DNA from: Takakia lepidozioides
Lineage: Eukaryota; Plantae; Bryophyta
Assembly (NCBI GenBank): GCA_030704615.1
Contig: CM060731.1
Location: 95,976,001 to 96,040,000 of the forward strand
Direction: 5' to 3'
Length of the DNA stretch: 64,000 nt
Shown: positions 26,201 to 38,721 of the stretch, piece by piece
Layout of the letters: every line of letters begins with the position of its first letter
Position numbering within the stretch: the stretch's first letter is position 1
Notes under the pieces: model-generated
Told to the model about the DNA's origin: nothing
The model's input: only the letters and a program-made list of their open reading frames with translations
Databases searched by the model: none
Position numbers and translations under genes: made by a program

Positions 26201-27124
26201 CAAGTACTGGGGAGTAATTTCTATATCTACTCCCCTCACCTGGGTAACTCCTGTCCGAGGCTCAAAGTTCTGAAGAAATTGAATCATATACTGCCGATGA
26301 TGCAAGGACCATTCCTTGCGTAGCAGCCCCTCCAATCGCAACTCCATCAGCAGCTGCACTGCCTGCGGTGTAGCAATTGTTTGCTTCTACAGAATCATGG
26401 TGCTCTTCACCCTGATATCCTCCATTCCCCTCGCTCTCTTCATTCTAGACAAACAAAAAGGCCTTGTTTGAAACAGCTGAAGGAAAGCTTGTAGGGCACA
26501 GAGCATAAAGGTATGGTTGGCACAGAATGGAACAAGTAAGTGCGTGTAAGCCTGTGGGGCTTGCAAGTATCGAGTGAGAGAAAATGTACTCTCAATTCGT
26601 CCGTCCTTGCGCCACTGCGTGAGAAATAAAGCGAGTGTGTAATCCGTTACATCCGCCATAGCTACAAAGCTAGTGCTTTGATTGCCCCTCCCGTCGAGAC
26701 ACTGGCTATTCGGAGCCACCCCGACTCTTCCGCTCATAACACTTCCTATTTCTTGTTCTTGTCTCTTAGAGGGAACCACCTGCATGTAATTCTCACTCCT
26801 GATTGGCTGTTGCCTGCTTAGGTTACTTCTTAATTCCACCCCCCTCCGTGGACATTCCCACCTGGAATGTCCAGTAGGACAGCACATGTGGCATAGGTCC
26901 CTCTTTTCTGTACTCGGAAAGGGTTCCGTTACCCTTGCTCTGAATGCATTAATGGGCCCACAAATAGTCTTAGTTGATGTACCGGGTAGGTACTTTGACG
27001 GCCCGATTTGTCCTCTTGCATGATGAGACCCACTCTTGCAATTTATGCAGTGCAGTGTGCTTCGCCTTAGTGGCCACGTGTCCATTTTTAGACATGCCCC
27101 CGACTTCCCCTCTCCGCGTGGCAT
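23251..27124 (-). pseudogene. Extra 3' ORF of copy C
   Basis: ORF pieces 26387-27124, 25757-26359, 25175-25684, 24893-25144, 23912-24892, 23457-23975 and 23019-23435, colinear with copy A 5207-9294. Confidence 0.85.
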
Positions 27125-28928
27125 ATTCTCCGAGTCTTCCCCATTAGGTCCTCGCTCTTGGTCTGTTCTGGGTAATTCCCTCTTGGATTACCTCTCCCTT
27201 CCATGCCATTGTTATAACCACCAGGCCTACCATAGTGGTCCTGATCACTGTTTCTTCTTGGCTGGGGCTGCACTTGATGCACCCTTACTTGCCTAGGTTC
27301 TCTTGCTGCTGTCCTTCTGTTGTAGTAACAATTCTCAGTAGAATGGTTATCCATTTTACAGATAGTAGAGTGTTTCTCCTTCATGTGGCATTCAGTGGTG
27401 GTATGGCCTTCATTCTGGCATTTTGCACACCAAACACCCTTCCTCCAATGTGTTACAGCCTATGTGGCATACTTCTTCAAGATTTCTTCTAATCTTTTCT
27501 CATAGTTATCCCTCTTCAACTTTTCCTTCCTCTTACTCTTCCTTTTAAGCTCTTGCTCTTCTTCCTCATCTGACTCATCCTCAGAGTCCTCATCATCCAT
27601 TTTCTATCTCCTGAGCATTCCCAATTGCTCAATTTTGTTCGCTGTTTCAAATGCCTCCTCCACTGTATTATGGGGTAACATATCCACTTTCTTTTGCAAC
27701 TCTGGTCTTAGTCCACTCACAAACCAAGTCTTCTGTAAACCTGGTGCAAGTACAACAGCCAACTTTTTCATCATCAATTCCATCTTTTCCATATACTCCT
27801 CAACAGTTTCATGCTTCTTTTGCTTTAACTGTTGTAAACTTCCATACACTTCATCCTCAGTTTTACTTGTCCTGAACCTATTTCGGAATGTTGTATTCAA
27901 GCCATTCCAGGTTAGGAAATGATTATCAAGGAATCTTGCATACCATTCACTTGCTTTCTTTATAAGTGAACAAGGAAATAGTTTCATCTTGGCATCATCG
28001 CCATTCTCATTGTTCACAATACACATGTGCTCAAATTGGCTAATGTGTACATCAGGATCCCCTTTTCCTGAATATATATTGGAAAATGAGGTTTTGCCCG
28101 TGTTGGTTGTAACGCCATCTGTGGCCCTACCTCCTGCCCACTGACAGGTGCTGGCCCCCTTGTTGGTGCTGGTCCTTGAGGACCTGTTGTAGTTGTGGTG
28201 GAACTTCCACCAAGTGCTGGCCCCACTATATTCACAGTATTCCCAGCTCCAGTTGCACTACTTCCCACACTCCCTGTCCCCCCAGAGCCAGATCCAAGCT
28301 GCCCGCCTGATCCCCTTGAGCCGACACCTTCGTTGGCCTGTGATCCAAGTGCTCCACTTGATCCAGGTCCAACGGGTTGGGATGTCCTGGTTGTAGTCTC
28401 AACCTCAGCTGTTGGGTCTACTTCTTCATACTCTTCCTCTTCCAATTTCTTCTCTCTGTTTTCATCTTCCAAGTTCTGCCTTTGGGTTTCTTCTTCTTCA
28501 CTCATGTAACTCAATTGCAATGGTGTTGGAGAGTCTGAACTCTCCGTTGGCTCTGCCACATCCTCTCCTCCTTCTTCGTCTTCCGTTTCAGAAATAGGAG
28601 TTCCTGCTTTTGGTGTTCCATGCCAACTCTTATCAAAGATTTCTGCCAAATCTTTTATCCAAGGATGTACCTCAGATCTTTCACCTCGTGGTTGATCTTC
28701 TTCCTGTACCAATTCCCTTAATCTTTCTTGCAAAGAAAAAGAAGGAGTGGCATCCAATTCTAGTTCTTCCGGTATGGGTGATGTACTCTCTGATCTTAAT
28801 GGTGTGAGAGGTCCAGATGATTCCCCTATGTCTATTCCTCTCTCCCAAAGATATGGATAATTAGCTTTCAGATAACTTTCTCTTTTTGCTGAATATCTCT
28901 GGAGTCTAGCTTCTCTTTCATCACTCAT
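27125..28928 (-). pseudogene. gag: gag of copy C (frameshifted)
   Basis: Near-identical to 38722-40671 (MSDEREAR..., LFPCSLIKKASEWY, CCHC knuckles). Confidence 0.9.
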
Positions 28929-28948
28929 GTCCCATGTCTTTCATTTCT

Positions 28949-29716
28949 TTAATGTGGCAATAACCAAAACTCTCTTCTGTAGTATCTCTCGTATATGCAT
29001 GGGTTTCTTTCAAGCTTCAATGACACCTTGGCTATACTAGAAGTCTCCGTTACCATATAACCATATGGCAAACAAGTCTGGAAAGTTGTTCTTGGTGTGA
29101 GTTTGATCCACAGAATATCCTTTGGAATCCAATTCTTTACCGATACAAGCTCCTCATGCATATAAGTATAAACATTCACCTTCCTTTCCTCCCAGCCTTC
29201 AAACTCTACTCGCTTAATGGATAGCAATGCTATCACATAAACCAGTGTTGGTAACCAACGTGCTCTTCCTCTACAGGCCACCTGATAAATCTTTATCACT
29301 CCTTTCTCTAGACCCCACTCAGGGTCAGCATCATGCACTCTCTTAAGAATGTTTTCTTTACAACCGTCTGGCAATTCCAAGAACCTCTGAAAGAATTGTT
29401 TGGACAATCTTTCCTTCTCAGTTTCACAGGGAATTTCATTCACATCAATTTTTTTAATTCTCCAACCACCATGATCCCACCAGATGCCTGTCACATCTGG
29501 TTGTTCATGACCCAGTTCCCCAGTATGGTCGCCAAATGTCGAGCGGCTTTTACTCACCCATCCCTTTGCTATCTGAGGTGGAAACTCCAAGATAGAAGAG
29601 TTGGATATTGTCGCGCGGCTTTTACTCACCCATCCCTTCGCTATCCGAGGCGGAAACTCCAAGATAGAAGAGTTGGAAATCTCTAAGTACTCAGCCCGCG
29701 CAGAACAATCAGTCAT
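28949..29716 (-). CDS. ORF0 of copy C (unknown protein); now starts in copy B's LTR with a 24-aa duplication
   Basis: 255-aa open frame homologous to 40693-41388. Confidence 0.6.
   Translation of the reverse strand: MTDCSARAEYLEISNSSILEFPPRIAKGWVSKSRATISNSSILEFPPQIAKGWVSKSRSTFGDHTGELGHEQPDVTGIWWDHGGWRIKKIDVNEIPCETEKERLSKQFFQRFLELPDGCKENILKRVHDADPEWGLEKGVIKIYQVACRGRARWLPTLVYVIALLSIKRVEFEGWEERKVNVYTYMHEELVSVKNWIPKDILWIKLTPRTTFQTCLPYGYMVTETSSIAKVSLKLERNPCIYERYYRREFWLLPH
29517..29534 (-). other. Primer-binding site of copy C (TGGCGACCATACTGGGGA, probably tRNA-Arg)
   Basis: TGG-starting 18-mer 2 nt inside the LTR end, identical in copy B. The tRNA identity is inferred. Confidence 0.8.
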
Positions 29717-30670
29717 GACCTACAGCTAGTGTATCATGGGGGTGTTTCCTATTTGTTTCCTTTTCCGCATTCATCTTTGCTACCTTACCATTGATAATTA
29801 AGTATCAGTTTGCTTCATCAATTTATCGGTTTCCTTAACTCCTCCATTCAATCCACAGCTTCACTCAGATCTCTCTACACAGTGTGATTGTATCGTATAA
29901 GTATCAGATTATGATTTATCAGGTATCAGGCCGAATCCATTATGTCTCTAATCTGCTCTACAATATCACTCTAGCTTTGCATATGACAAGCTTCTACTAA
30001 TCCTCTTTTCTCCTTCATCGTGCTCTCCGATCTCCGCTCCCGCCTATCCCCGAAGTCCTCCCCGAATAATGATTCCTTCCTATTCCCCGTTCTTCCCTTT
30101 ATCCTCCTATTTGCGGTTCTAACCGTTTCCCTCTCTAACCGTCGTATGTGAACTAACATGTTCCTTCACTGGTGTTGTTCCCCACAGTCGTTCCCTGTCC
30201 TACTCTTCGTTCCCTATTATCGTGACAGCTGTGTCAAGCGGTGACTGGCTGTGTTTGGCTGTGTCGGGCTGTGACTGGCTGTATGGGCTGTGTCTGCTGT
30301 GACGACTGTGACGGGCTGTGTGGGCTGTGTGGGCTGTGACGACTGTGACGGCTGTGTGGGCTGTGACGACTGTGACGGGCTGTGTTGGCTGTGTGGGCTG
30401 TGACGGCTGTGTGGGCTGTGACGGCTGTGTGGGCTGTGTGGGCTGTGACGACTGTGACGGGCTGTGTTGGCTGTGTGGGCTGTGACGGCTGTGTGGGCTG
30501 TGTGGGCTGTGACGACTGTGACGGGCTGTGTTGGCTGTGTGGGCTGTGTGGGCTATGTAACCCCCTTCTACAGTGCGCTGCTGTCACCCCTAAGGTTCCT
30601 GTTTGTCTCAGTCTGTTCAAAATTTAAGGGTACCCTACAGATCCCGTATAAGTGTCTAAGTCCCCTACAG
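29609..30670 (-). repeat. 3' LTR of copy B (first ~10 bp lost)
   Basis: Matches 41281-42343 except for the TGTTAGAG terminus. Confidence 0.93.
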
Positions 30671-33600
30671 AGTCCATGTACAACCTGGAAAGCAACCAAT
30701 TCCCTCAACATGGTACCTGCCTCGTGCCAGTATTGTGCAAAGTGATGATCTTCAATATGTCGATTGTTTGGAAGAACTTTAGTCCTGGTTGCCACTGGCA
30801 GCCAGATACGCATGATTTGGTAGTAATGTGCGAATGACTGCGGAGGACTAAATTCTTTCCAAGCCAAATCCAACATGATGGGAATTTGGTTGAAGGGCAT
30901 AATCATAGCCCTACTGTACTCCCTGGCAGCTGGAGTTTTAGGTGGGTTAAAAGCTGCATTGCCCCATACCTCCGGCTGTGGTGGCTGTGGTGTGGTTGTA
31001 GTAACCACAGGTTCAGCTACTGGTACACTGACCTGTTGTGGTGGTGGTGGTACTGGTTCCTGTACCATTGGCATCTCCTGCACCTCCTGTGAAGACTGAA
31101 AAGCCAGAGTTCTGGCTTGCAAATAAGAAGCCATTAGCTGTTCCTGAGGGATATAGACTCTTTGGTCGATGTTTGAAGTGAGGTCTTCCACTTGAGTCTG
31201 GACTCCGTCTACATCCTCTTGTAACTCTGCTATCCTACTATAGACATTGTCTATAGTAGTTGTGGCAATGTTCTGCACCTGCAGTCTGAGCTCATTCATC
31301 TCGCTTTGGGTGAGCTTCCGTGGGCTTTTGCCCTCTACTGGCCCTTGTGCTAACCAGACCTGCATAAGGCTGTTATCCACCAAGCTGCTTGTGGTTCCCC
31401 TGAGAGTTTGCTCCTCTCTTAGCTTATACAATTCCAACTGCTGTTGTAAAGCCTTCATGCGCTTCGCCTGTGGCTCAACCAATTGCGCATAGGCAGCAAG
31501 TAAATTATTGGCTTCTTTCGAAGCCTTGTTACTGACCGCGATTTCATTTCTATTGGCCACGATGGTTTGTTGCAACTCCACGATGTATTTCTCATTCTCA
31601 GCTTCCATCTGCCTGTATTGCTTGAAAGTATCTTCATTGCGACAGATTGTATTCTTCATATCGACAATGAGCTTCATGTGCTCCACATTCTCTTCTTCTG
31701 CCTTCGTACATTTTTCCGCTTGACTGTTTATTTCTTTGTTGATTGGTCAAGCATAGTTGTAAATGTAGCGCATTGTATCTCCATCCTGTTATGCACTGTC
31801 TGCAACTCCGTATGTAGTGCATTCAGTTCTTGCAACTTGCTTTCATGCTGCACCTGCATTTGGTATAGCTGTTGCTTATGTGCTTCGTGCAACTGGTCTT
31901 GCGCGAGGCCTGCCTCAATCAATTGTTGCTTGGCCAATTGCAAAGCCATTTCTGTATTGGCCAAGTCCTGCTTCATCTTGAGAGTGACCTCTTCATCGAC
32001 CTTGTTTGAACACTCAGTGGCAAGTCGAGCCTCAAACTCCTTCCTGAGTTCTTCTTTCAATGCTGTCAATTGGGTAATTGGAACATGGGTTTTGACATAA
32101 GTCCCCAACAAATTAAGTGTCCTGCCTATGGAATCATCAGCATTGCCTGTTGAGGGTCATCATGGTGAGGTTGCTGCTGTTCCTCCCGATCTTCAACAGT
32201 ATGATGTCTCACTAACCATTCAGACCATTGTCCCACCGGATTTTCTTCCTGAACTACTTCATTTATGACCGGTGCTACAGTGTCATGGCCTTCCGCCTGT
32301 GGTACCTCCGACACAGGTGTGTGCATTATATGTACCTCAGGATTTTTCTTGGGCAACTGTTGCACCTCTGGGATTTCTGTCTGCTTGACCAGACCAGAAT
32401 ATTCATAGAGAAGGTCCCCTTTCTCTATTTCCGCCACTATCTGTTCTGTAGTTGGAATATCTATCCCTTCACTTTCCAAATCTATTATTTCGGTTTGAGC
32501 TGCATGGATAACTTGTGACCTTGTGACAAGTCGTTCAAGTGGCTGTGTTGGTTGTGATGCAGAAGTAACTTCTTCCTCCCTCTCTGAAGGTCCTGCTTCC
32601 AGTAATAACATTCTTTTGTGCTGCTGTGCCCCTCCCTGGTCATGAGCTTGGGAAACATTATCATGCGGAATCCGTGAAGCCAGTGGATCCGCCACTACAG
32701 TCTTTCCCCTTCTCTGCCTCTTAGTCTCGGGTTGTGCTGCTAGTCCACCCTCACTGTGTGAAGAGCCTTGCTCTTCCATTGCAGTTGTTTCTGGCTCAAA
32801 CACTCCCATTTCCTTCCTTTCTTGTGCATTAAGTATGCCAGAACTAAGGATTATTTGAGCAATGATTGGGCCAGACACTATGATAGGAGATTTTGCGGTA
32901 GTACCTTGTAATCTTTTCATCTCCTCTACCAGTGCGTTGTACATTATGTCCGCCCATGGTACCTCTTGTCCCTTCAAGCCTTTGAGGATTTCCTCTGTGA
33001 AGGATCTGCTCAAATATTGTTGGTTCTGTTTCAGGGCAATCAGAACGTTCAATACTTGGCCTATGTCTTTTAACCCTGGGTACACAGCTTTGGTACAAGC
33101 ATAACCCTGAGTTTTAAAGAAACTCCCTTCTTGGAATAAATCCCCTATTTGCAGTCTTTCTCTGTGTTCCTCCACATACACATGACCTTCTGGCAATTGA
33201 AACAATTGCTGGAGGTATAGGGGAGTAATCATTAATTCAACTCCCTTCACCGTTGTTGTTCCTGTCTTTGGCTCAAAGTTCTGCAAAAATTGTAACATGT
33301 ACTGTCTATGGTGTAGTGTCCAATCCATGCTTTGCAATCCTTCCAATCTCAGCTCCTTCAGTATCTTTATCGCCTGTGGGGTAGCCATCGTTTGTTTTTG
33401 CAGAATTGTGGTGCTCTTCACCCTGATTTCCTCCATTCCTCTCACTCTCTTCATCTTAGACTCACAGAACTGCTTTGGCTGTAACAACTGCAGGAATGCC
33501 TGTAGTGCACAAAGCAGAAACGTATGGTTGCCGCAGAAAGGTATGGGTAATCTCTTGTAAGCCTGCGGGGCTTGCAAGCATTGTTCAAGAGAAAAGCTCT

Positions 33601-34120
33601 GCTCTTTCGTTTCGTGTCTCTGCCATTGCGTAAGTAATATTGCGAGCGTATAGTCTGTTAGCTCCTCATAGTTTCCAAGTTATAGCATTTATGGCCTGTC
33701 CTGTCGAGACGCCCGTTACTCAGAACGACGCCGCCTCTTGCGCTTAATTTCCCTCCATTTTCTTGATCATTTCTCTGGTTTTCTATTGGCTGTATCCGCT
33801 GTGACTGGATTTTAACTTTTATCTTCTTTAGTGGACTTTCCCTGTTGGATAGTCCACTAGGATCACACATGCGACATGAATTCAGTTTTTCTGTACTTGC
33901 CGTTCGTTCTGTTTCCCTTTTTCCGTATTCATTAATGGGCCCGCCTTTCATCCCTTTTGACGGCCGTTCTTGTCCTCTTTCTTTTTGACACCTGTCCTTG
34001 CACTTCATTCTCTGCTGTGTGTCGCACCCTGACCTCCACGTGTCTATTTTTAAATTAATTTCCGTTTCTTTCCTTCAGCCATTTTCCTGAAGTTTTATGT
34101 GTCCACTTGTCACTGATTCT
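30671..34120 (-). pseudogene. Extra 3' ORF of copy B, C-terminally deleted
   Basis: ORFs 33658-34008, 32126-33577, 31728-32111 and 30568-31686. Ends at FQVVHG, fused to LTR sequence. Confidence 0.85.
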
Positions 34121-34139
34121 ATGGATCGTGTAACTTTAG

Positions 34140-34535
34140 TAGGCTGTGTTGAGCTGTGACAGGCTGTGTCATACTGTGTTACGCTGTGATAGGCTGTGTT
34201 GCACTGTGGTAAGCTGTGATAGGCTGTGACACGCTGCGGTAGGTTGTGATAGGCTGTGTCACGTCGTGACGGGTGTGATAGGCTGTGTCACGCCGTGCCG
34301 GCTGTGATAGGCTGTGTTGCGCCTTGCTGGGCTGTGATAGGCTGTGTCACGCCGTGCTGGGCTGTGATAGGCTGTGTTGCGCCTGCTGGGCTGTGATAGG
34401 CTGTGTGCTTGCGCGTGATAGGCTGATAGGCTGTGTATAGGCTGTGTTGCGTGATGGGCTGTGATAGGCTGTGTCACGCCGTGATAGGCTGTGATAGGCT
34501 GTATCACGCCGTGATGGGCTGTGATAGGCTGTGTC
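34140..34535 (-). repeat. 30-bp post-integrase tandem array of copy B
   Basis: GCTGTGATAGGCTGTG-based units, the reverse complement of 3821-5180. Confidence 0.9.
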
Positions 34536-37500
34536 ACGTTTGTTTTGCCCACCCCGGTCATATATACTGGGCCTAGCGACAAGTGTTCCATACTCGTTCG
34601 TAACACTGGTGCAGCCCGTGACTGCTCTTGCGGTTCAACATGCAAATCATGCTGCAGGGGTTTGTCATGGATACCACTGTACCCCTTCAACTTATTTGCA
34701 TTGACTCTTCCCAGCATTTCTTTGTTAATGGTTTGTAACATGGCTGTGTTGTTATCATACATCTTTTGGATGACATAAGGTCCTTTCCATGGTGATTTAA
34801 GCTTAGAAGCTTGAATCTTTCCTTTCTTCTGCAACCATAGAACCAAATCCCCCGTCTTAAAAGTCTTTAATTTGCCTTCATCAAACTGTTCCTTTCGCTT
34901 CATCTGAATTCTGGTCATATTATCAGCTGCATCAGCACGTACTTCTTCCACATGGTATAATTCATGTTTCCTGACCTTGATGGAGTCTTGCAATTCCATT
35001 CTTTTTCCCCACTCCGTTCTCATGGTAGGTAACAGGAATTCCACTGGAAGTAAGGCTTCCATACCATAAACTAATTGGAATGGTGTATACTTTGTGGTGA
35101 CTTTATACGAAGTCCTGTATGACCATAAAGCTGTCAGCAGCTTTGTATCCCAATCCGTTCTGTTTGCATTGACTATCTTAGCCAAGATAGTACATAGTAT
35201 TTTGTTGGTAGCCTCTGCCTGTCCATTACCCTGTGGGTAATATGTTGTACTCTTTCTATGCACAATCATAAACTCTTTAGTCAATAACTCAATGGTCTCA
35301 TTCATGAAGTGACTTCCTTGATCACTGATAAATTCTAAGGGACATCCAAATCGTGTAAGTATGTTCTCGTACAGGAACCTTGCTGTGGACTTGGCTGTGT
35401 TGTCCCTCAAAGCTTTAGCTTCCACCCACTTTGTAGTATAATCAGTGGCTGTAATTATGTACCTGTTTTGTGTATTCTTGGATGGTGGATTAATTGGTCC
35501 AACAAAGTCTAGTCCCCATTTCTGAAATGGTTCCGTAGGCATTGTAGGATGCAAGGCCATTCTTCCAGATCTCTGCAAAGGTCCTAGCCTCTGACATTCA
35601 TCACACTTCTGACAATACTCATGTACATCTTTGAACAAAGTAGGCCACCAGTATCCTGCGAGTAGTATCTTTCTACTGGTAGTCTCTTCTCCAAAATGAC
35701 CTCCAGCCACTCCTTTATGAACTTCCTCCAAGACTTTATTTACTTCATGGTGGTACAAGCATCGTTTTAGTACTCCATCAGGTCCTAACTTATACATTCT
35801 GCTTCCTACCATAGTATAAGGTAAAGCTCTGATAGCAATTCTCTTCCTCTGCTCCTTACCATAACTAGGTGGGCACTGACCATGAGCAAGGTAGTATCTG
35901 ATTGGCCACTGCCAATCTAACCATTCATCTGCACTTCCTTGCACCTCCATTACAAATAAACTCGCATCAGGTAACTGATCGTCCACTCCTGTGGCGGCCT
36001 CTCCTGTTGTTAGTCGTGACAAATGATCTGCCACAAGATGCAAACGGCCAGGCTTGTAAATAACCTCGAACTCAAACTCATGCAAGATTATTAACCACCT
36101 CGCTATCCTTCCACTTATCAAAGGTTTGTTCACCAGATATATCAGAGCCTGGTGATCCACATAAAACATAAACTTTCTTCCCAATAGGTAATGCCTGAAT
36201 TTCTTCACTGCATAGATCATTGCCAATGCTTCTCTTTCCGTTGTGCTATAGTTCCTCTCAGCACTGTTCATCAACCGGCTAGCATAGTACACAGGTGAAT
36301 CTATATTCCCTGTAACATTCTGGGCTAACACCGCTCCCAACGCTTCTCCTGATGCATCGCAGTGAACATGAAATACTACATGCCAGTGAGGGTTAATCAG
36401 CACAGGTGTAGTTGTTACTGACAGTGTAAGTTCCTCAAACGCCTGTTGACATTCAGCTGTCCATGCAAACACTGCATCTTTCTTCAGAAGCTTGCTCAAT
36501 GGTGCTGCTATTTGTGCATACCTTTTGACAAATCTTCTGTAATAACTGGTTTGCCCAAGGAATCTCCTTAAACTCTTAACATTCACTGGTGGTGGAGAGA
36601 CTTTAATGGACTCTGTCTTCCTGGGATCCACAAGGAGTCCCTTCTTACACACAATGTGTCCCAGAAGCACCCCTGAGTTCACACAGAAAGTACACTTCTC
36701 TGGGTTCAAGCCCAGACCTCTCATCCTGCATCTGGCCAGGCATAACTCCAATTTATGCAAGTGCTCATTCTTAGAGCTGTACACACTGAAATCATCCAAA
36801 AACACCTGCATGAAATCATCCAGATACTCTTGAAAAGATTCACTTATCACTCTCTGAAAGGTCGCTGGTGCATTACAAAGCCCAAAGGGCATGACTTTGT
36901 ATGCATAAGCCCCCAGTCTGTGATGAAAGCTGTTTTCCCTTGGTCTTCTTCTGCCACTTGCACTTGATTATAACCACTGAAGCCATCCATGAATGAGTAC
37001 ATCTCATGGCCTGCCACAGTGTCTAATACTGCTTCTGTGAATGGCAAAGGGAAAGGATCTTTCTTCGTACAAGCATTCAGCTTCTTATAGTTCACACATA
37101 CTCTTAGTTTGCCATTCTTCTTGGGAACTATAACAATGGGTGACAACCAAGTTGTATACTCTATTGGGTATATAAACTTAGCCTCAGCCAACTTCTTTAT
37201 CTCTTCTCCAACCTTCTGTGCGTAGTTGGGATTCATTCTATACCTCGCCTGCTTGATTGGTACTGACCCTGGTTCCAGTTCAATTTTATGCTGACAGACT
37301 TCAGGTGGTATCCCTTTTAGATCCTCATAGCTCCAAGCAAATACATCTCTGTATTTGATGAACAAGCTTTTAGCTTCTTCGAAGAATTCCGGCTCCAAAT
37401 CAGCTCCTACTTTCACCATTCTCGGTTCCTCCTGAGTTCCCACATTTACTTCTCTCACCTGCTCATCAGCTGTGATTGTCCAACCAGTCACCACTTCATC

Positions 37501-38707
37501 CTGTAAGCTCACAGTGGCTGGTTCTTCTAGGATTTCTATCTCTCCCTCTTTCTTCATAGAAATGTGGTGGGTAAAGCTGGTTTCCTCTTCAATTGGTGTT
37601 GCTGTCACTACACCACAGCAGATACCTCTCAAACAACTTAGGCTTTCCAGCCGCATCTCTGCAACCTGCTCCCATTCTGGGTGTGCAGCAAATAGGGTAG
37701 CTTCCTGCTCCTCATCCAGTCCTCCCCTCCAGTCATACTCTCTGACTCCTCGAGGTCTTCTTGTAGCAGGTAATCTACTAGATTTCTTTGTGGTAATTTG
37801 TATCTCGTGCATCCCATTATGCACAGTTAGTAACTGAGAATTCCAGTCATGGAATACCCTTGCCTGTTTCAGCCACGGACGTCCCAATAATAAGGAGTAA
37901 GCCTCCATGACTTCATCCATTTTAATACAGTTACTGTGATCATAAAGATCATTTTCTGTATCTGTATCTTAACTCCTCTTATTAATCCCAATGGCTGTAC
38001 ACTTCTTTGATCTGCCATTGTTACTGTAAATGGGGCTGGTTTCATGTTACTTAGACCAAGCTTCTTCCTTAATTGGTCTGTCATGATATTTACTCCAGAA
38101 CCACCATCTATCAGTACATCAGTTAGTTCTGTGCTTCCAATTCTCAATTGGATTACTGGCATAGAATCATCAAAGTCCATGACTGGTTCTCGCCCTTCCG
38201 GCTTCACATTATAACTGGTCACCTTGCTGTTCAGGTCTGTGTTTCCTGTCTCTTGGGCAATTCGATTGATTGCCTGATACAGCCTGTGCCTACAATAAGG
38301 TGCCACAGCTAATAGCTGTCCAATGGTAATTTCTGCTTTGGTCTGACATATTACTTCAGCCAAAGTCTCTTCATTACTTTGCATGTCTGCATCTTCTTTT
38401 TTCCTTTCTTCCTCACTCCCTCTTTTTCTCCATCCGAATCAGAGGAATCTGCCACAGGAATATCCGTACTCTTTTGCATTTCCCTTATAGTATCTGCCAC
38501 TTCCTTGTGCAGTTCCTTCTCATCCTTCCAAGTCTCTTCATCTTCAGGCATATCATTGCCACTTCCAGTCTCATCTTCTTCCTCTTCTACTGGAGGTATT
38601 AGTTTGGCTTTACTTCTTGTTACTATCATTGTACTTACTTCTGGTACAACACATGGCCTAACCATGTGAGCTGCCACCACTGGGCCCTCATTCACAGGAG
38701 CTCTCAT
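34259..38707 (-). CDS. pol: pol of copy B (protease, RT, RNase H, integrase) with a few frameshifts
   Basis: LIDGGSG; DGFSGYNQV; QVFLDDFSV; HCDASG; HHCC zinc finger; [23 protein letters not shown]; WKGPY. Includes an 877-aa open stretch. Confidence 0.95.
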
Positions 38708-38721
38708 CTCATTCTGGTGTC

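Noticed and set aside
30234-30745. His/Ser/Thr/Gln-rich or Cys/Val-rich ORFs here and at 4054, 9546 and 41889
   Set aside because: They are translations of stop-free CACAGCC repeats inside LTRs.
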